The position numbers and the translations under genes were made by a program. 64,000 nucleotides of DNA from Camelus ferus (lineage: Eukaryota). The stretch spans positions 65,536,001 through 65,600,000 of the forward strand of contig NC_045696.1 of assembly GCF_009834535.1 (NCBI RefSeq). The letters are read 5' to 3'. Below, piece by piece: positions 25,140 to 36,600 of the stretch (the first letter of the stretch is position 1; each line of letters opens with the position of its first letter). The notes beneath the pieces are model-generated. The model saw only the letters and a program-made list of their open reading frames with translations. It was not told where the DNA came from and searched no databases.

Positions 25140-27441
25140 GTAAGTGTGTCTAGAGATAGTCTCAACAATAACAAAAAGTGTTCTTAAGCTAAGTTGTCTA
25201 GATTCCCTTAGGGGTTGAAATGGTGGTGGGGGTGCTGCACTGCCACCTCAGAAGAAAATTCTGCCCAAGAGTCTGGACAATAAGGTAATACATATTTTTT
25301 GTAAGGACCATAAAGTATATCCTCTTTGAGTGCCCATGGGAAAAATTAAAATACTGGAGATAATATTAGGCTCAAGGCAGGCCAAGCCATGCCAACTGTA
25401 TTGGTGAGGAGAGTGAGGATTCTAACGATCATCACTGCTCCACTGAGCAAGGGATAAGAAGCCCCAAGTTTTTGGCAAGAGTGAAGTAACCAAAGGAAAG
25501 AATTTCTCAAATTTTTATACATAAGGAAAGCTAACAGCCCTATAACCTATTAGAATTTACATATGACTTTCACAACTCTCCAGTTAATTCTCACAATACC
25601 TTGTGAGGAAGGGGTTCTTTCTCATCCCCAATTTACAGTTAGGAAAATTAGTCTCTTATCATCTTAGAGGGACTTTGCCAAGATTTTCTCATAGTTACTC
25701 TGACCGAATTTTTCTTATGATGTCATTTTGCTAGTCTTCATATAACTACAAATTAAAATGGTCACAACATTAATCAAGGGCCTAGATAGAAAAAAAAATG
25801 AATATAACTGATTTTTGAGCAGTCTTTTTCCTTACCCCCTCATTGCTAATTATGTGCTCAGGGAGCTCTCTTGGACAAGCTTTTCATCTTCCATATAAAA
25901 TCTACTATTTGTTTCCAGCTTCTAAACTAATTTTCCTCTTCTGGGGACTGTTGTATCTGTTGGGGACAACCATCTCCAATGGGTGCTGCCATTTCTCCCA
26001 GACACTGAACTGCTTTCAGTAGATGCTTACAAGCTCTTTCTGGGTACCACCACCTTTCCTTGGTCCGTATCTGCTTCTTCTTGATATCCTCATGTCCACT
26101 CCTTACAGAACTTGTTTACCCTAGATTCTGTCATGTTCCAGTTACCTTTACGTGCTGTTATGTCTACCAAACCTCACAATTCCCAATAGGCCCTACTGCC
26201 AACATCACTAAGTATCACTGAGGTCCTAGAGATTTCACTCTGGAGTAGAGTTCTATAAATATTCATTTGATTATTTTTGTATTTATTCAGTTATCAGAAT
26301 AACAAATTATCAAAACACTGATTCCCTGGACCCTAAATGCCTTACAGAAATTTTAATAAAAATAATCATCTTAGATTAAACTTATACATAGTCTATGGGA
26401 GCCTTCTCTACTCTGACAATTAAAACCTTTTTGTTCAAACAGTCCTGACCTATTCTCTCTTCTCTTAGATGCTCTCTTAAAAGGTTCCTCAGCCTCCCAG
26501 GAAGATTTCTAAAAGGCTCATTTCCTTATGATTCAGGCATGAATTGATCTATAATGTAGCATTACTTTGAACAATTAATGAACTGCAAGAAAAGAGAATT
26601 CATTTGGCCTTGACTTGCAGAAAATTCTCTTTAGTGACTCATAATATTTTAAGATTACATTTCCTTTTCTCTACAGATCCAATTATACAACTTGGTTCTG
26701 CAGTGAATAAGATTTACATAATCCTAATACTGTAAACACTGTTGGGTTCTGTTTTTCACAGTTCCGTAAACAAAGTGTAGAATTCTCAAGCCTATAAACC
26801 ATGGAAATGTTAAAATAATGCTAAAATTCTTAGAAACTAAGAGATGGAAGAAGGGAAAAAGAGAGACAAGGAGTTTATATCTGAGAAAATTGCATCTTTT
26901 GCTTTTGGAATAAACTGCTACTGCTAAAAGCTAATGAACCAAGAAATGCAACTGCTGTGTTTCTTTCTTAAACTTATGGGTGGTGAAATAGGGAATACCA
27001 GATATCCACCAGAAAAATGTAAATCAAAGAAAAGTAAAAGAGATTCACTCTTGCAGTAAACCTTCAGTGAGCAGGTGGTGTGGGAGACTTTCTATTTCAT
27101 GCTCTGCCATAGAAAGAGAATATTTTGGGGATCAAGCTGTTGCATTTACTTGAGTTCACATGGACTTCACCTACCCTCGGCAATATACATGAAGTGCTGG
27201 TTGGAGAGTATCAGCCTATTGTAACACAGAATAGGGATCCCTGGTTTTCTCACTCTTACTCTATTCCAAGCAACAAAGACAAGTCACTCACCACCATGAG
27301 AGTCCTAAAGATCAGGGACACAAATCCTTATCTGACCTGACTTCTCTGCCACTACAGTCTTTTGCCTCCTTAAGCCATGCTGTAGTCCAAAGCCCAAAAC
27401 CAGGTCCATGAAGAAAGCTGTTGTAATTTATAAACACTAAG

Positions 27442-27524
27442 GTTTCTCAATTATTTATAAATATGCTATCATGAAACGGAGGATAAATCCCATGCTATCC
27501 ACAAAAGAAAACGTTGTATTTCAG
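27442..27524 (+). pseudogene. Candidate exon ending ...CYPQKKTLYF; 5' boundary uncertain
   Basis: Consensus CAG|gtaagt donor, then a 100-nt intron to the next exon in phase 2. Confidence 0.45.
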
Positions 27525-27624
27525 GTAAGTAGAAATACATCACACACGTGATGAGGAAACATGGAAACAGCACATATGAAGAAAGGATACTGCCTTGAGC
27601 CATTTTCTGGTAACCGCCTTTCAG

Positions 27625-27766
27625 TCCTGCATTGTCTGATCCCTTCTTATAAACTGCTTGTCACTTAGAAGAACGAGATGCACCAGATAAGCCTTTTAGA
27701 AGAGTCCTGAACATGCTAATGAAAACTGTTAAAAAAAAAAATCTTGTTCTCTTCTAAAATCATAAG
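27625..27766 (+). pseudogene. Exon PALSDPFL*TACHLEERDAPDKPFRRVLNMLMKTVKKKNLVLF*NHK (2-0)
   Basis: ccgcctttcag| acceptor, AAG|gtcaat donor, one frame with two TAA. Confidence 0.55.
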
Positions 27767-27915
27767 GTCAATGTTTGTTAACCAACTGGGAGCTGTAAAA
27801 GCTTATATCGTAACATCTAGGAAGTCCTTTAAAAACATTTATTGAAAGCAGAAATTATAAATACAATATTAAAAATGGTAAACTGTGTTGCCATAAAGGT
27901 TTTTTTTTCCCTAAG

Positions 27916-27992
27916 ATCACACAAAATGAGAGCGTAAAAAGAAGCTATGAATTCAATTGCCCATCAAACTCCTCTACCATCCTCTTTGGAAA
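27916..27992 (+). pseudogene. Candidate exon ITQNESVK.../...EAMNSIAHQTPLPSSLE (probable frameshift)
   Basis: ttttttttccctaag| acceptor, AAA|gtagga donor. Confidence 0.4.
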
Positions 27993-28545
27993 GTAGGAAT
28001 AGAGAGATATTGTTTCTATATCCAAATTACAATCCACATGTGATACTTACTAGGAAATAGGGCATTTTGTATACCATAGTCATAAATCTTTTTTTTTAAG
28101 TCTGTAACTGAATGTTATTTTTCCCTGTTGGAATAATTTTCAAAATTATCTGGACTTTCTAAAGTTTATAAAGCAGTGAACTGTTCTTTTCCTGTTTTTT
28201 TCATCCTGTGGAATAATTCTCCCAGCAGTTAGAAAGCATTTGGGTACACTGTTGATTTACAGTCTGCAAGGATTTTATATATATAGCCATAAACACTAAA
28301 CTTTGGATGGCCCATCTAGTGCATGATACTGATTCTAAGATAGCAACGAATTAAGTGAATTTCAAAACTGCAACTCACCAGAAGAGGCCCAGAGATTATA
28401 TCGATCCATATGTGTTTAAACTGCAGAGTCATTCAAGAAAATATTGCTATTATAGCTCCAAGCCTGGAAGTGATTCCTGATCATCTTTGACTTTTTCAAA
28501 AATAGAAAATTATTTGGATTTATTTTAAATGTCACTCCTCTGCAG

Positions 28546-28654
28546 GTGAAGAATCTATTCATTTCGGAGAGTGCAGGATGAAACAAACTGTGCTGGTGCC
28601 TACTGGCTACAGAAAGTTTGGTAGAATTGACTACATTCTTGTGAAACAGACTGA
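28546..28654 (+). pseudogene. Exon VKNLFISESAG*NKLCWCLLATESLVELTTFL*NRL (0-1)
   Basis: cactcctctgcag| acceptor, TGA|gtatct donor, two TGA stops. Confidence 0.55.
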
Positions 28655-29221
28655 GTATCTGCTGAATCACATGAAGGCAATGATCAAAAGAGAAGATTAT
28701 ACTTACTTAATCTTCAGGAGCAGTAAGGTGTGGTGGGAAGTTTCCTGGTCTAAGAGTCAGAATGCAGGATTTGAGTCCCAACTTCATCAATTACTAGCTC
28801 CGAGTCTTTCCGCGAGTTAGCCTCAGTCTCTGTGTCCACACTTGCACCAGCAAAGGTAGTACTACTAGCTCTCTGGTCTCTTCAGAAGTCTTTGCTTCCT
28901 CAGAAAGTCACTTTATTTCTCATCCTCAGTCTCCTCATCTGAAAAACAGCGCTAAAACTCCAGGCCCTGATAATGTCAGAAACTCCAAGAATACAATTGA
29001 GAACATGGATGTGAAAATCATTAAAAAACCAGAAGTATTTATTAATTTATATAGTTGCAAAATAATATATTAAAAAAAAACTATTGCCTCTATTTGCCTA
29101 AAATTTGTTTTTATTCTAACCAAGTATTAAGAATTTTGAGAGTTATGTTTATAAACTTAATTTGTTTGAATTGATTGGCTATTTCTAATTTCTTAATTCA
29201 CATGGACATGTTATCTCTTAG

Positions 29222-29364
29222 GAACAGATACGGAATTTTCCTTCTGGATGAGAACACGAATAGTTGAGCATTTGGACCAGTTATCCTCTCAGTCTGTATC
29301 AAAAGCCTGCAGCCTGGCTATTGAAATAAAGGGAAAGTAGCAAGATGCAATCATAGTCATCAGA
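29222..29364 (+). pseudogene. Exon TDTEFSFWMRTRIVEHLDQLSSQSVSKACSLAIEIKGK*QDAIIVIR (1-0)
   Basis: ttatctcttag| acceptor, AGA|gtcagc donor, 47 codons with one TAG. Confidence 0.6.
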
Positions 29365-29447
29365 GTCAGCACCTTTTCTTTTTCTTTTGGAGCACTGTCA
29401 CACCAGTGTCATTGGAGAAATGCAGTGGTATTTTTTTTTCTCGATAG

Positions 29448-29493
29448 GAAAGAAAGCTCATAGCCATTCTGAAGCAGCTTCATGCTTTCTTAC
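29448..29493 (+). pseudogene. Exon ERKLIAILKQLHAFL (0-1)
   Basis: T tract then ctcgatag| acceptor, TAC|gtgagt donor, open helix-like frame. Confidence 0.65.
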
Positions 29494-29599
29494 GTGAGTC
29501 TCTTCATTGTTCTGCCCTTCTGCCATTCTGTGTGGTTATAAATTTGGCATCACCTGAAAGAATTTCTATGATGAATATTCTTTGTAAAACATCTCTCCC

Positions 29600-29943
29600 G
29601 ACATTTTTTTTCTGCCATTCAAAAGCATTCCCTACAGTCTCTACTGCTACCCCAATCAAACTCAATTTCTCACTAGTCACTGTATATTACCCCTTACTTT
29701 CCTATTTCTGCTCATGCTCTTCCTTCACTTGGGATCCTATCACTCAGTGGTTGCACGGTCAAAGCTCTCCATCTTTCAAATTCCATATGAAATTCCAACC
29801 ACTGGATGAAGACTTCTCTGATGGCCTTGAAGGCTTGAATGTCTCCATCCTCTGGAATTCCATAGCCTTTTAGCCACATTTCAGAAGGTACTTACCACTT
29901 TTGCTTTTGTTGTTTATCTACCTCTCATGTCTCCCACCCCCTC
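29600..29943 (+). mobile_element. L2 3' fragment, interrupted by the NDUFS6 retrocopy (resumes about 30498-30590)
   Basis: ...ttatctacctctcatgtctcccacccc on the left; cctccagggcaatacg...cttggcacatgatagtaagtgttaaatgaat on the right. Confidence 0.55.
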
Positions 29944-30497
29944 TTTTTTTTTTAAAGGGAACAACACACTTTGTTCGGCACCAGTAATGCAGTACGTGCA
30001 GCACTCGGGTCACCAATTCATTCCAACACTGAAATGCTCACCCCGGTAGGGATGGTGCTTTCTGAACTGGAATCCACGATAGCAGCACATTCCAGTCTTT
30101 TGTTTCTTTGTCAAGTTTATGTAAAATTCGGGCGGCCAAGTACCACCCCCCACCCCCCCACCGCCGTTACATACTGTCACTCGACTTTTGACTTAGCTCA
30201 CAGGCTGCTCTGCTATCAGATTCACGGCGAAGTCTTCATTCACCTTTTTCTGACGACCTACAAATCGAACTTTCCTGTAGTCTTTATCGTCCTAAACCTG
30301 GCTGGTGGGCGTGACTTTCCCCTGGGCGGCCTAGTTCCGCAAGCCGAGACATTTCGCGCCAGACAGCAGGCTCCGCGCAGCCGCCGCGCCGCTCGGCCGC
30401 CGAAGGGTCACCGCTGCTGCCGCCACCTTGCGGGCTGACCCTTGACCTGGCGCGCCAACGCGCCAGCCCTGACGCATGCGCACGGCTCTCTCGTCGG
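29944..30497 (-). pseudogene. NDUFS6: Processed pseudogene of NDUFS6 (complex I 13-kDa zinc-binding subunit)
   Basis: Minus-strand 30426-30046 reads [87 protein letters not shown]...(frameshift)YINLTKKQKTGMCCYRGFQFRKHH; intronless; ATG>GTG; stops at 30333, 30294, 30195; 3' UTR with decayed poly-A signal AACAAA and a poly-A remnant (T run at about 29944-29953). Confidence 0.95.
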
Positions 30498-30540
30498 CCT
30501 CTGCATCCAAGTGCCTCCAGGGCAATACGTGGTCGTTACA
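30130..30540. promoter_or_regulatory. CpG island on the retrocopy with NRF1, DR1 and E2F-like motifs
   Basis: Many CpGs against a CpG-poor background; TGACCCTTGACCT 30436-30448, TGGCGCGCCA 30448-30457, ACGCATGCGCA 30472-30482. Confidence 0.65.
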
Positions 30541-31149
30541 GTGTTTCCAGGAGCCCTTGGCACATGATAGTAAGTGTTAAATGAATGGTATAGATTGTTA
30601 AATTTAAATGGTACTAATTATCTCCGTTTTCAGCAGGCTACTAGTAAAACTAAGGTCTCATTACATGAGTAACTGAATCTTATTAATTCTGAGTCTCCAG
30701 TACCTACTGGAAATTCAATTCCCTGCAGAAAGAGGCCTTTTCACCCCAGTATTTCTGAGAATCACCCAAGGAGTCTGCTCGTGTTTAGCTTAGGAACGTT
30801 TGTGATGTTCTGTAATGGTTATTCAGCGGATGGTACCTCGTGTTGCCATACTTAGTCTTTGAGGTCAAAGGCCAGGTGTGGTTCATCTCTGCAGTTCTTA
30901 CATTACCTGGTACATTACCAAGTACATAATTGTGGATCAGTAAACATTGGTAAGTCTAAAGTATATGAACTGCAGAGGACAAATTCAATGGAATTTCAGC
31001 ATTTGCCTTCCAAATGCTGTATCACAGTTGTGCAAACAGTCCAGTAGCATTAAACAGAAGTAGAGTACAAAGGCTAAGAGCTCCAGAATCCTAGCCCAGG
31101 GCCTCACTAGATGTATGGCTGTATCTACACCTCAATAATCTTGCTTCTC

Positions 31150-32120
31150 AAGGAGACACAGCTCTGGGTATGTCTACAGTCACCCTGAGACAACAGTGGT
31201 TTTGGTAAGACTCTCTTACTCTCTCCCTGACTGTCCCCAGTTGTTCATTTCCACCGATTGCCCACTGATTGCTCTGCTACTTTCAACAATGCCCTGGTAC
31301 TTTATTTTTACTCTACCTACTAATCCATTCAAATTGTAGATCCTTTAAAGGAATAGTTTCTGAGGTCAGTGCTTGGTATTTGTTCTGATCCCAAAAGGAC
31401 TCCTCTCAGCTGCCTCATTCATGGTTCTCTTCTGCAAACCAGTCAATCTACTAGTCAATAGATTGTATCTTCATTAAATCCACATATCTCCCCCCAGGAG
31501 CTGTAGGCAGGCACAATGGCAAGCTTCTCTTTGAGTGAAAACCCCACAATAGGAGCTGAGCCCCTGGTAGGGGAAGTGAGGGTTCAGCCAGTAGTCTGAA
31601 ATCATCTCTTCTTGTGACTCCTCTGGCATCTAACCTCTGCCTCACAAGCCAGGGCAAGGACAGTTATGGCCCCCATATTCTCAGCAAATCGCATCCAAGG
31701 CAGAGTCCCCTTTTCACAAGTAGGGACTGAATAGGAAATTAAAACCCTCACCTCTCAGCCAGACATGCCCAGGACTTAGCTTCAGCAGTATCAAGGCAGA
31801 AGTCCTGAAGTCCTTCTCCTTCTAGTAAGAAAGGTCTCTTATTGGGAGCTGAGGGGAGAGAGAGTCCTGTGTTCTTGGCTATAGCATTCTGAAGTGAATT
31901 CTCCACCTCACTGAGCTGGGAGGATTTAGAGAGGGAGTTCAAACACTACAGATTCTGGCCTTTCCCAATTCTTAAAGATTTCCTTGAATCGATATTTTTT
32001 TCATTGGCTTCTTGCTCTTGGGATCATTTACAGAAGCTATAAATGGTTGCTTTTTATAATTTTCACTGTTTCTCTGGGAAGCAGGTCAAAAGAGTTCCTC
32101 ACACTGACATGCCAGGAGTC
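31150..32120 (-). mobile_element. Old L1M 5'-region fragment
   Basis: Ends ttcactgtttctctgggaagcaggtc...cctcacactgacatgccaggagtc, resembling an antisense old L1 5' end. Confidence 0.45.
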
Positions 32121-32597
32121 AGTGGGCTAAACATTTATTCGTAATAAGAAAATTATGGAAAACTGTGCCAAGATACTATTATTAATCAAGCAGATTAGCA
32201 AAATGTAAGTGTGTTTCAACACACTCTGTTGGTGACACTGTGAAGAAACAGGCCCTCCTATACCATTCAGGTTGGGTATAAATTTGTATGCTCCCTAGAG
32301 AGGGTAGTCCTGAAAAACAAGTTACAAAAGCACTTACCCTTTGACCTGGCAGTTCTACTTTTGGTCTTTATTCTACAGGTATATCTGCATGCATAGCATT
32401 ACTGCTAAGAACAAAATATTGGAAATAATTGAATATGAGGGGGCTAAATAAAGAATGAATATGTGATTTATGTCATATGAAAAGAGCTCCATGATATATT
32501 CAATGGGGAACAAAGGTGTATATTAACCTCTATGTGAGAAATTGATGGGAAAGACAAATATATATTTATTTGAATTTTTATAAAGAACTTCTGGAAA

Positions 32598-32810
32598 AGG
32601 GTATGAGATTAAGAGATAAAAACTACTATGTATAAAATAAAAAAAGCAACAAAGATATATTGTACAGCACAAGGAAATATAGCCATTATTTTCTAATAAT
32701 ATTATATGAAGTATATATAATCAGTCAAAATATTGAATCACTATGTTGTACACCTGAAACTAATATAATATTGTAAATGCACTGTAATTCAATTAAAAAT
32801 TTTTAAAAAG
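32598..32810 (+). mobile_element. 5'-truncated L1 3' end within an older L1ME-like fragment (about 32190-32970)
   Basis: gatatattgtacagcacaaggaaatatagcc...gaatcactatgttgtacacctgaaactaatataatattgtaaa then an A-rich tail. Confidence 0.8.
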
Positions 32811-33487
32811 AAACTCAGAAGATATCAAAGAAATCAATAAAACTGGAGATTAGTACAAAACATGGTAGATATGGCAGGAGTGGGAATGAGGTTTCCACAG
32901 TGTTCTTTCGATATTGTTTTGCACTTTGAACCATGCAAATGTATTGCCTGTATATAAAAAAAATTAAATTTACAAAAGAATGAAAACAGAATTTCTAGTA
33001 GGATAAAGTTACTAGGCAGGAAGTGGCCTTTGTTATCATCATATTCAAGTCCTAGAATTTACAGATAAAGAAATAAAGGTTAAGATAGGAAAAGGGACTG
33101 CACCAGGATCCATGCCAAGTTATTGGTAGAATTGGGACTTAAATGTTCCAATTCTAAATCAGGCCTCTGCCCACTTCTGCATATTTGCTTTTGATATTAG
33201 AGAATCGTGTGTTTAACTTCTACTGTGTATAATGGAAAGGAAGTATCATACTGAAAAATAATATACTCTGAGCCCTTTCTGCCCTGCAGTGCCCTGTGTC
33301 CATCTGGAGTGTGGGGCCTGCTTCATAGCAGCTTCCACATCGCCCCTAATGAAGGCATGACAGCTCTATATGCCGGGAGCCCTTTATTAAAAATTCACAA
33401 AAGCAGGCTCCACATTCTGCAGCATTTTCTTCTTGCAAACCACTTTATTGTTTTTCTCTTTTTGACCATCTTAGGAATACTCTTTAG

Positions 33488-33644
33488 GCATCTTTCCACC
33501 TTGATGATAGCATGAGCACCCTAACATCACTCATATCCTCGGTAATGCTGCTAAACCACCTGTTCTGGAGATGGCAGAGAGAGTGTCTAAGTTACTGGTT
33601 ACTAAATCAGAGATGAAAGCTGTAGAGAACAAGGCTTCACTGAG
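33488..33644 (+). pseudogene. Exon IFPP***HEHPNITHILGNAAKPPVLEMAERVSKLLVTKSEMKAVENKASL (1-2), with Kozak ATG at 33571
   Basis: actctttag| acceptor in phase with exon 29448; GAG|gtaaat donor; in-frame TGA TGA TAG upstream of gagATGG. Confidence 0.65.
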
Positions 33645-36600
33645 GTAAATTTAAGCACTTTCTTACAGATTTTTTTTAATACATTGGCCCTGGCTGCTTC
33701 TCAAACTGTACAAAGTGGGCATAATTTTTCTCTGTATAGTCTCTCCTTATTAATCTTCTCCCCCACCCATTCTCAGTCCCTGAGGTTCCAAGACTGTCGA
33801 CTGCACCAGCTTCAGGATTAGGCATGTGGTCCAAAAGTAGCCAGAGCACCCCATCCTCCTGACCAGGGTGATTAAATCAGGGCAGGCACATAACTCAGCC
33901 TGAGCCAGTGAGAACACAAGGAATTTTGTTGGCTATATCCAAAAAGACCTCACCTTTCTCTTGAGGTTGCTAAACTGGAATAACTTAAGTCTGTAGATTC
34001 CAGTAGTCAACTTTACTCTCACACCAAAAAGTCCAAGTGCAAACCAACACAGAGAAATCAGAATCTGAAAGACTCTGGATGGCAGTGTTTAACCCTGAAC
34101 CCATTTGTGTCCGAAAATGTGTCCCTTGAATTTCCCAGTTCTATGAAAAGGGAAAAATAAAATTCCTTTTTTTTGGTGGTTATTTAGGCTAGATTTAAAA
34201 AAAAATTTTTTTATCGACTTATAGTTGATTTACAATGTTGTGTTAGTTTCTGGTGTACAGCAAAGTGATTCAGTTATATATATTTATATATGTGTCTGTG
34301 TGTATATATATATTCTTTTTCATATTCTGTTCCATTATGGTTCATTACAGGATATTGAATATAGTTCTCTATGTTTTACAGTAGTACTTTGTTATTTATT
34401 TTATATATAGTAATTTGTATCTGCTAGCCCTAAACTCCTAATTTGTCCCTTCCCCACTCCTCTTTCCCCTTTGGTAACCATAAGTTTGTTTTTAGACTAG
34501 ATCTGAGTATCTATCTCATGCAGATCCAAAATCCAAACAGAAAATTTTTCTTATTTAATTATAAGATATAGATACATTTTAGAAGTTTTAATGTTCTCCA
34601 AAGTGTAAGTGTATTATTTATTCTTTCCAATAAAACCTCGATTGAAATGGAAAGATTATAATTTAGGAAGCAGATATTCAACATATGTTCCTTACTTTAA
34701 TCTCAAATTCTCTGGAGCACTTAGAAATTTTTCAGTAGAAGAACAATATCCTGGAGAAAAAAAAACATAAACACTAGGAATAATAATTTTTATAATCCCT
34801 ATTACAAGTTATAAAGCATCATCATATGCTAACAATTTCATTCCCCTACCCCTGTAACAAGGCTTTTAGGTGCACAGCGTGTTAAAAATCTCATTTTGAA
34901 AGTGAGCAAAGCCGAATTTCAAAAACCATAACTTATCCAAAATCACACAGCTAAGGAAGGGAGCAGGAGTTGAACACAAGTATACCAATTTATTCTTCAT
35001 GTGTCCATTACTCCACACTGACTCACATAAGGATAAACAAAATCTGACTGGTCAGTTGAAGGATTTAATCTCAATTGCAACTGTTCCTTTTCACTTGGGT
35101 TCTAGAAATCATATGGATATCCTCTTTTGCATTTGCAAATCAGTAAATCTTCTGGTCTGTTTTTCCTATACCAGCGCTGCTCAAAAAAATCCGTGTTCAC
35201 ATTATACAGAGGTATTGATTTTGCTCACCCAAGAAATATTTTTAAAGTGTTATTTATGAAGAATATAGGGGAAAACTTCTTTTGTTCGTAAGAGGAAAGT
35301 AAACATTTCTTACAGAGCTGCCTGGCGCTGCTTTAAGATAATTTAATTTGACTCAAAAACCATTTACAGAGTTGATGCATTTGTAAACCCTGTGAAATGG
35401 TGTTATTTTTTATGACAGATAAAGATGAGGAAAATGATCAAGAGAAATAAGACACAGTCCCTGTGCTAGGGAGACGGTGGGTGGGGAGGAGGATACGGTG
35501 TGTTTTTTGGGGTTTGGAATTGCAAACCACAAAATTCCTTCCATTTTACGTAAAAAAAGAATCTGCTTTGCACGTTAGGTGACTCAAAATACATCCAAGG
35601 TAGAGACAGAGTCAGAATTGGATGTGTGCAACCAGGAGCAAAGTCCAGGGACTGCTTCTGCAGGCGACTCTGTTACCACTGATGAGGGTGTGTACTGCAG
35701 CTCTCCTGGACGCTGGATGCCAGAGCCTCGAACACTGCTGTCCTCAAAGGCCAGACAACTTGGCCACCGGGCTTGCCTGAAAATGGCTCCCATGGGGCAA
35801 ATGCTTCCTTAGGTTGCTCTTTTGTGAGAATGTTTCTGCTTGGGAGGGTCTCGGTCACATGCTCTGCTGCTGGGAAGACCAGAAGGACAAATTTCTGGAT
35901 TCTAAATTGAGAATAGGGACACCCATTTAATTGAGGAAAATTCCTCAAACATAGAAAGGATATATAAAGGCTCCTGACATTTTCTAAGCATATGTATGTC
36001 TACAAGATGGATTAGAGGAAACACAAAGGTCAGTTTTTAGCAGGAAATCTTACATCCTGTGATGGAAGATGTGGCAGAGAGACTTGGAGGTTTTGCTGAG
36101 AAAGATTGTTCTTGAAACACGTTAGGCAGCGAAGGTGTACTCTGAGCACCCTAATTATTCTAGTCCCTTTCCAAAAGGCTTCCACATCCCTTTGCTTTCT
36201 ACTCCTTGTATACCTCAGATAAAGTAACTGTGCACTAAAGATGATTTGAGAAGCTTTCAAGGTGTTTTTATAGAGATAATAATACTAAAATGTAAATTGT
36301 CCCCCTCATGGTCTCAAACATCAAAGTCATAGATGTCAAACTCTAAACTGAATCCAACTATACTGAAATAGTTTGGCAAATGGATAAAACAAAACTCCAA
36401 AATGTTAAGGTTAACATCTAAAAATCTAATGATGAGTCAAGCAAAGCGGTTCACATCACCTTTTAGAAGTGATCCCCAAAGTGCTGAATTATGATAGCCC
36501 TGAGCTAGTAAAGCTGTTCTAAAGAAATCTTTCATCCCTGCTTTAAACAGATGACAAGCAGAGCATTAGAGGAAGAGGCCAGACTCTGCTAAAGGAGAGG

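Noticed and set aside
27625..28654. SPOC-like domain assignment for the fossil protein
   Set aside because: Only a vague hydrophobic-pattern resemblance, broken by probable intervening exons; needs a profile search
30046..30426. Functional NDUFS6 gene or retrogene
   Set aside because: No ATG, three in-frame stops, a frameshift and lost zinc ligands
29971..30438. Longest ORF in the window (155 aa, + strand)
   Set aside because: TTG start; antisense shadow of the GC-rich NDUFS6 retrocopy with no recognisable domain
35681..35700. Ig-like DEGVYC motif
   Set aside because: The motif crosses the donor at 35687/35688 and no other Ig features are present
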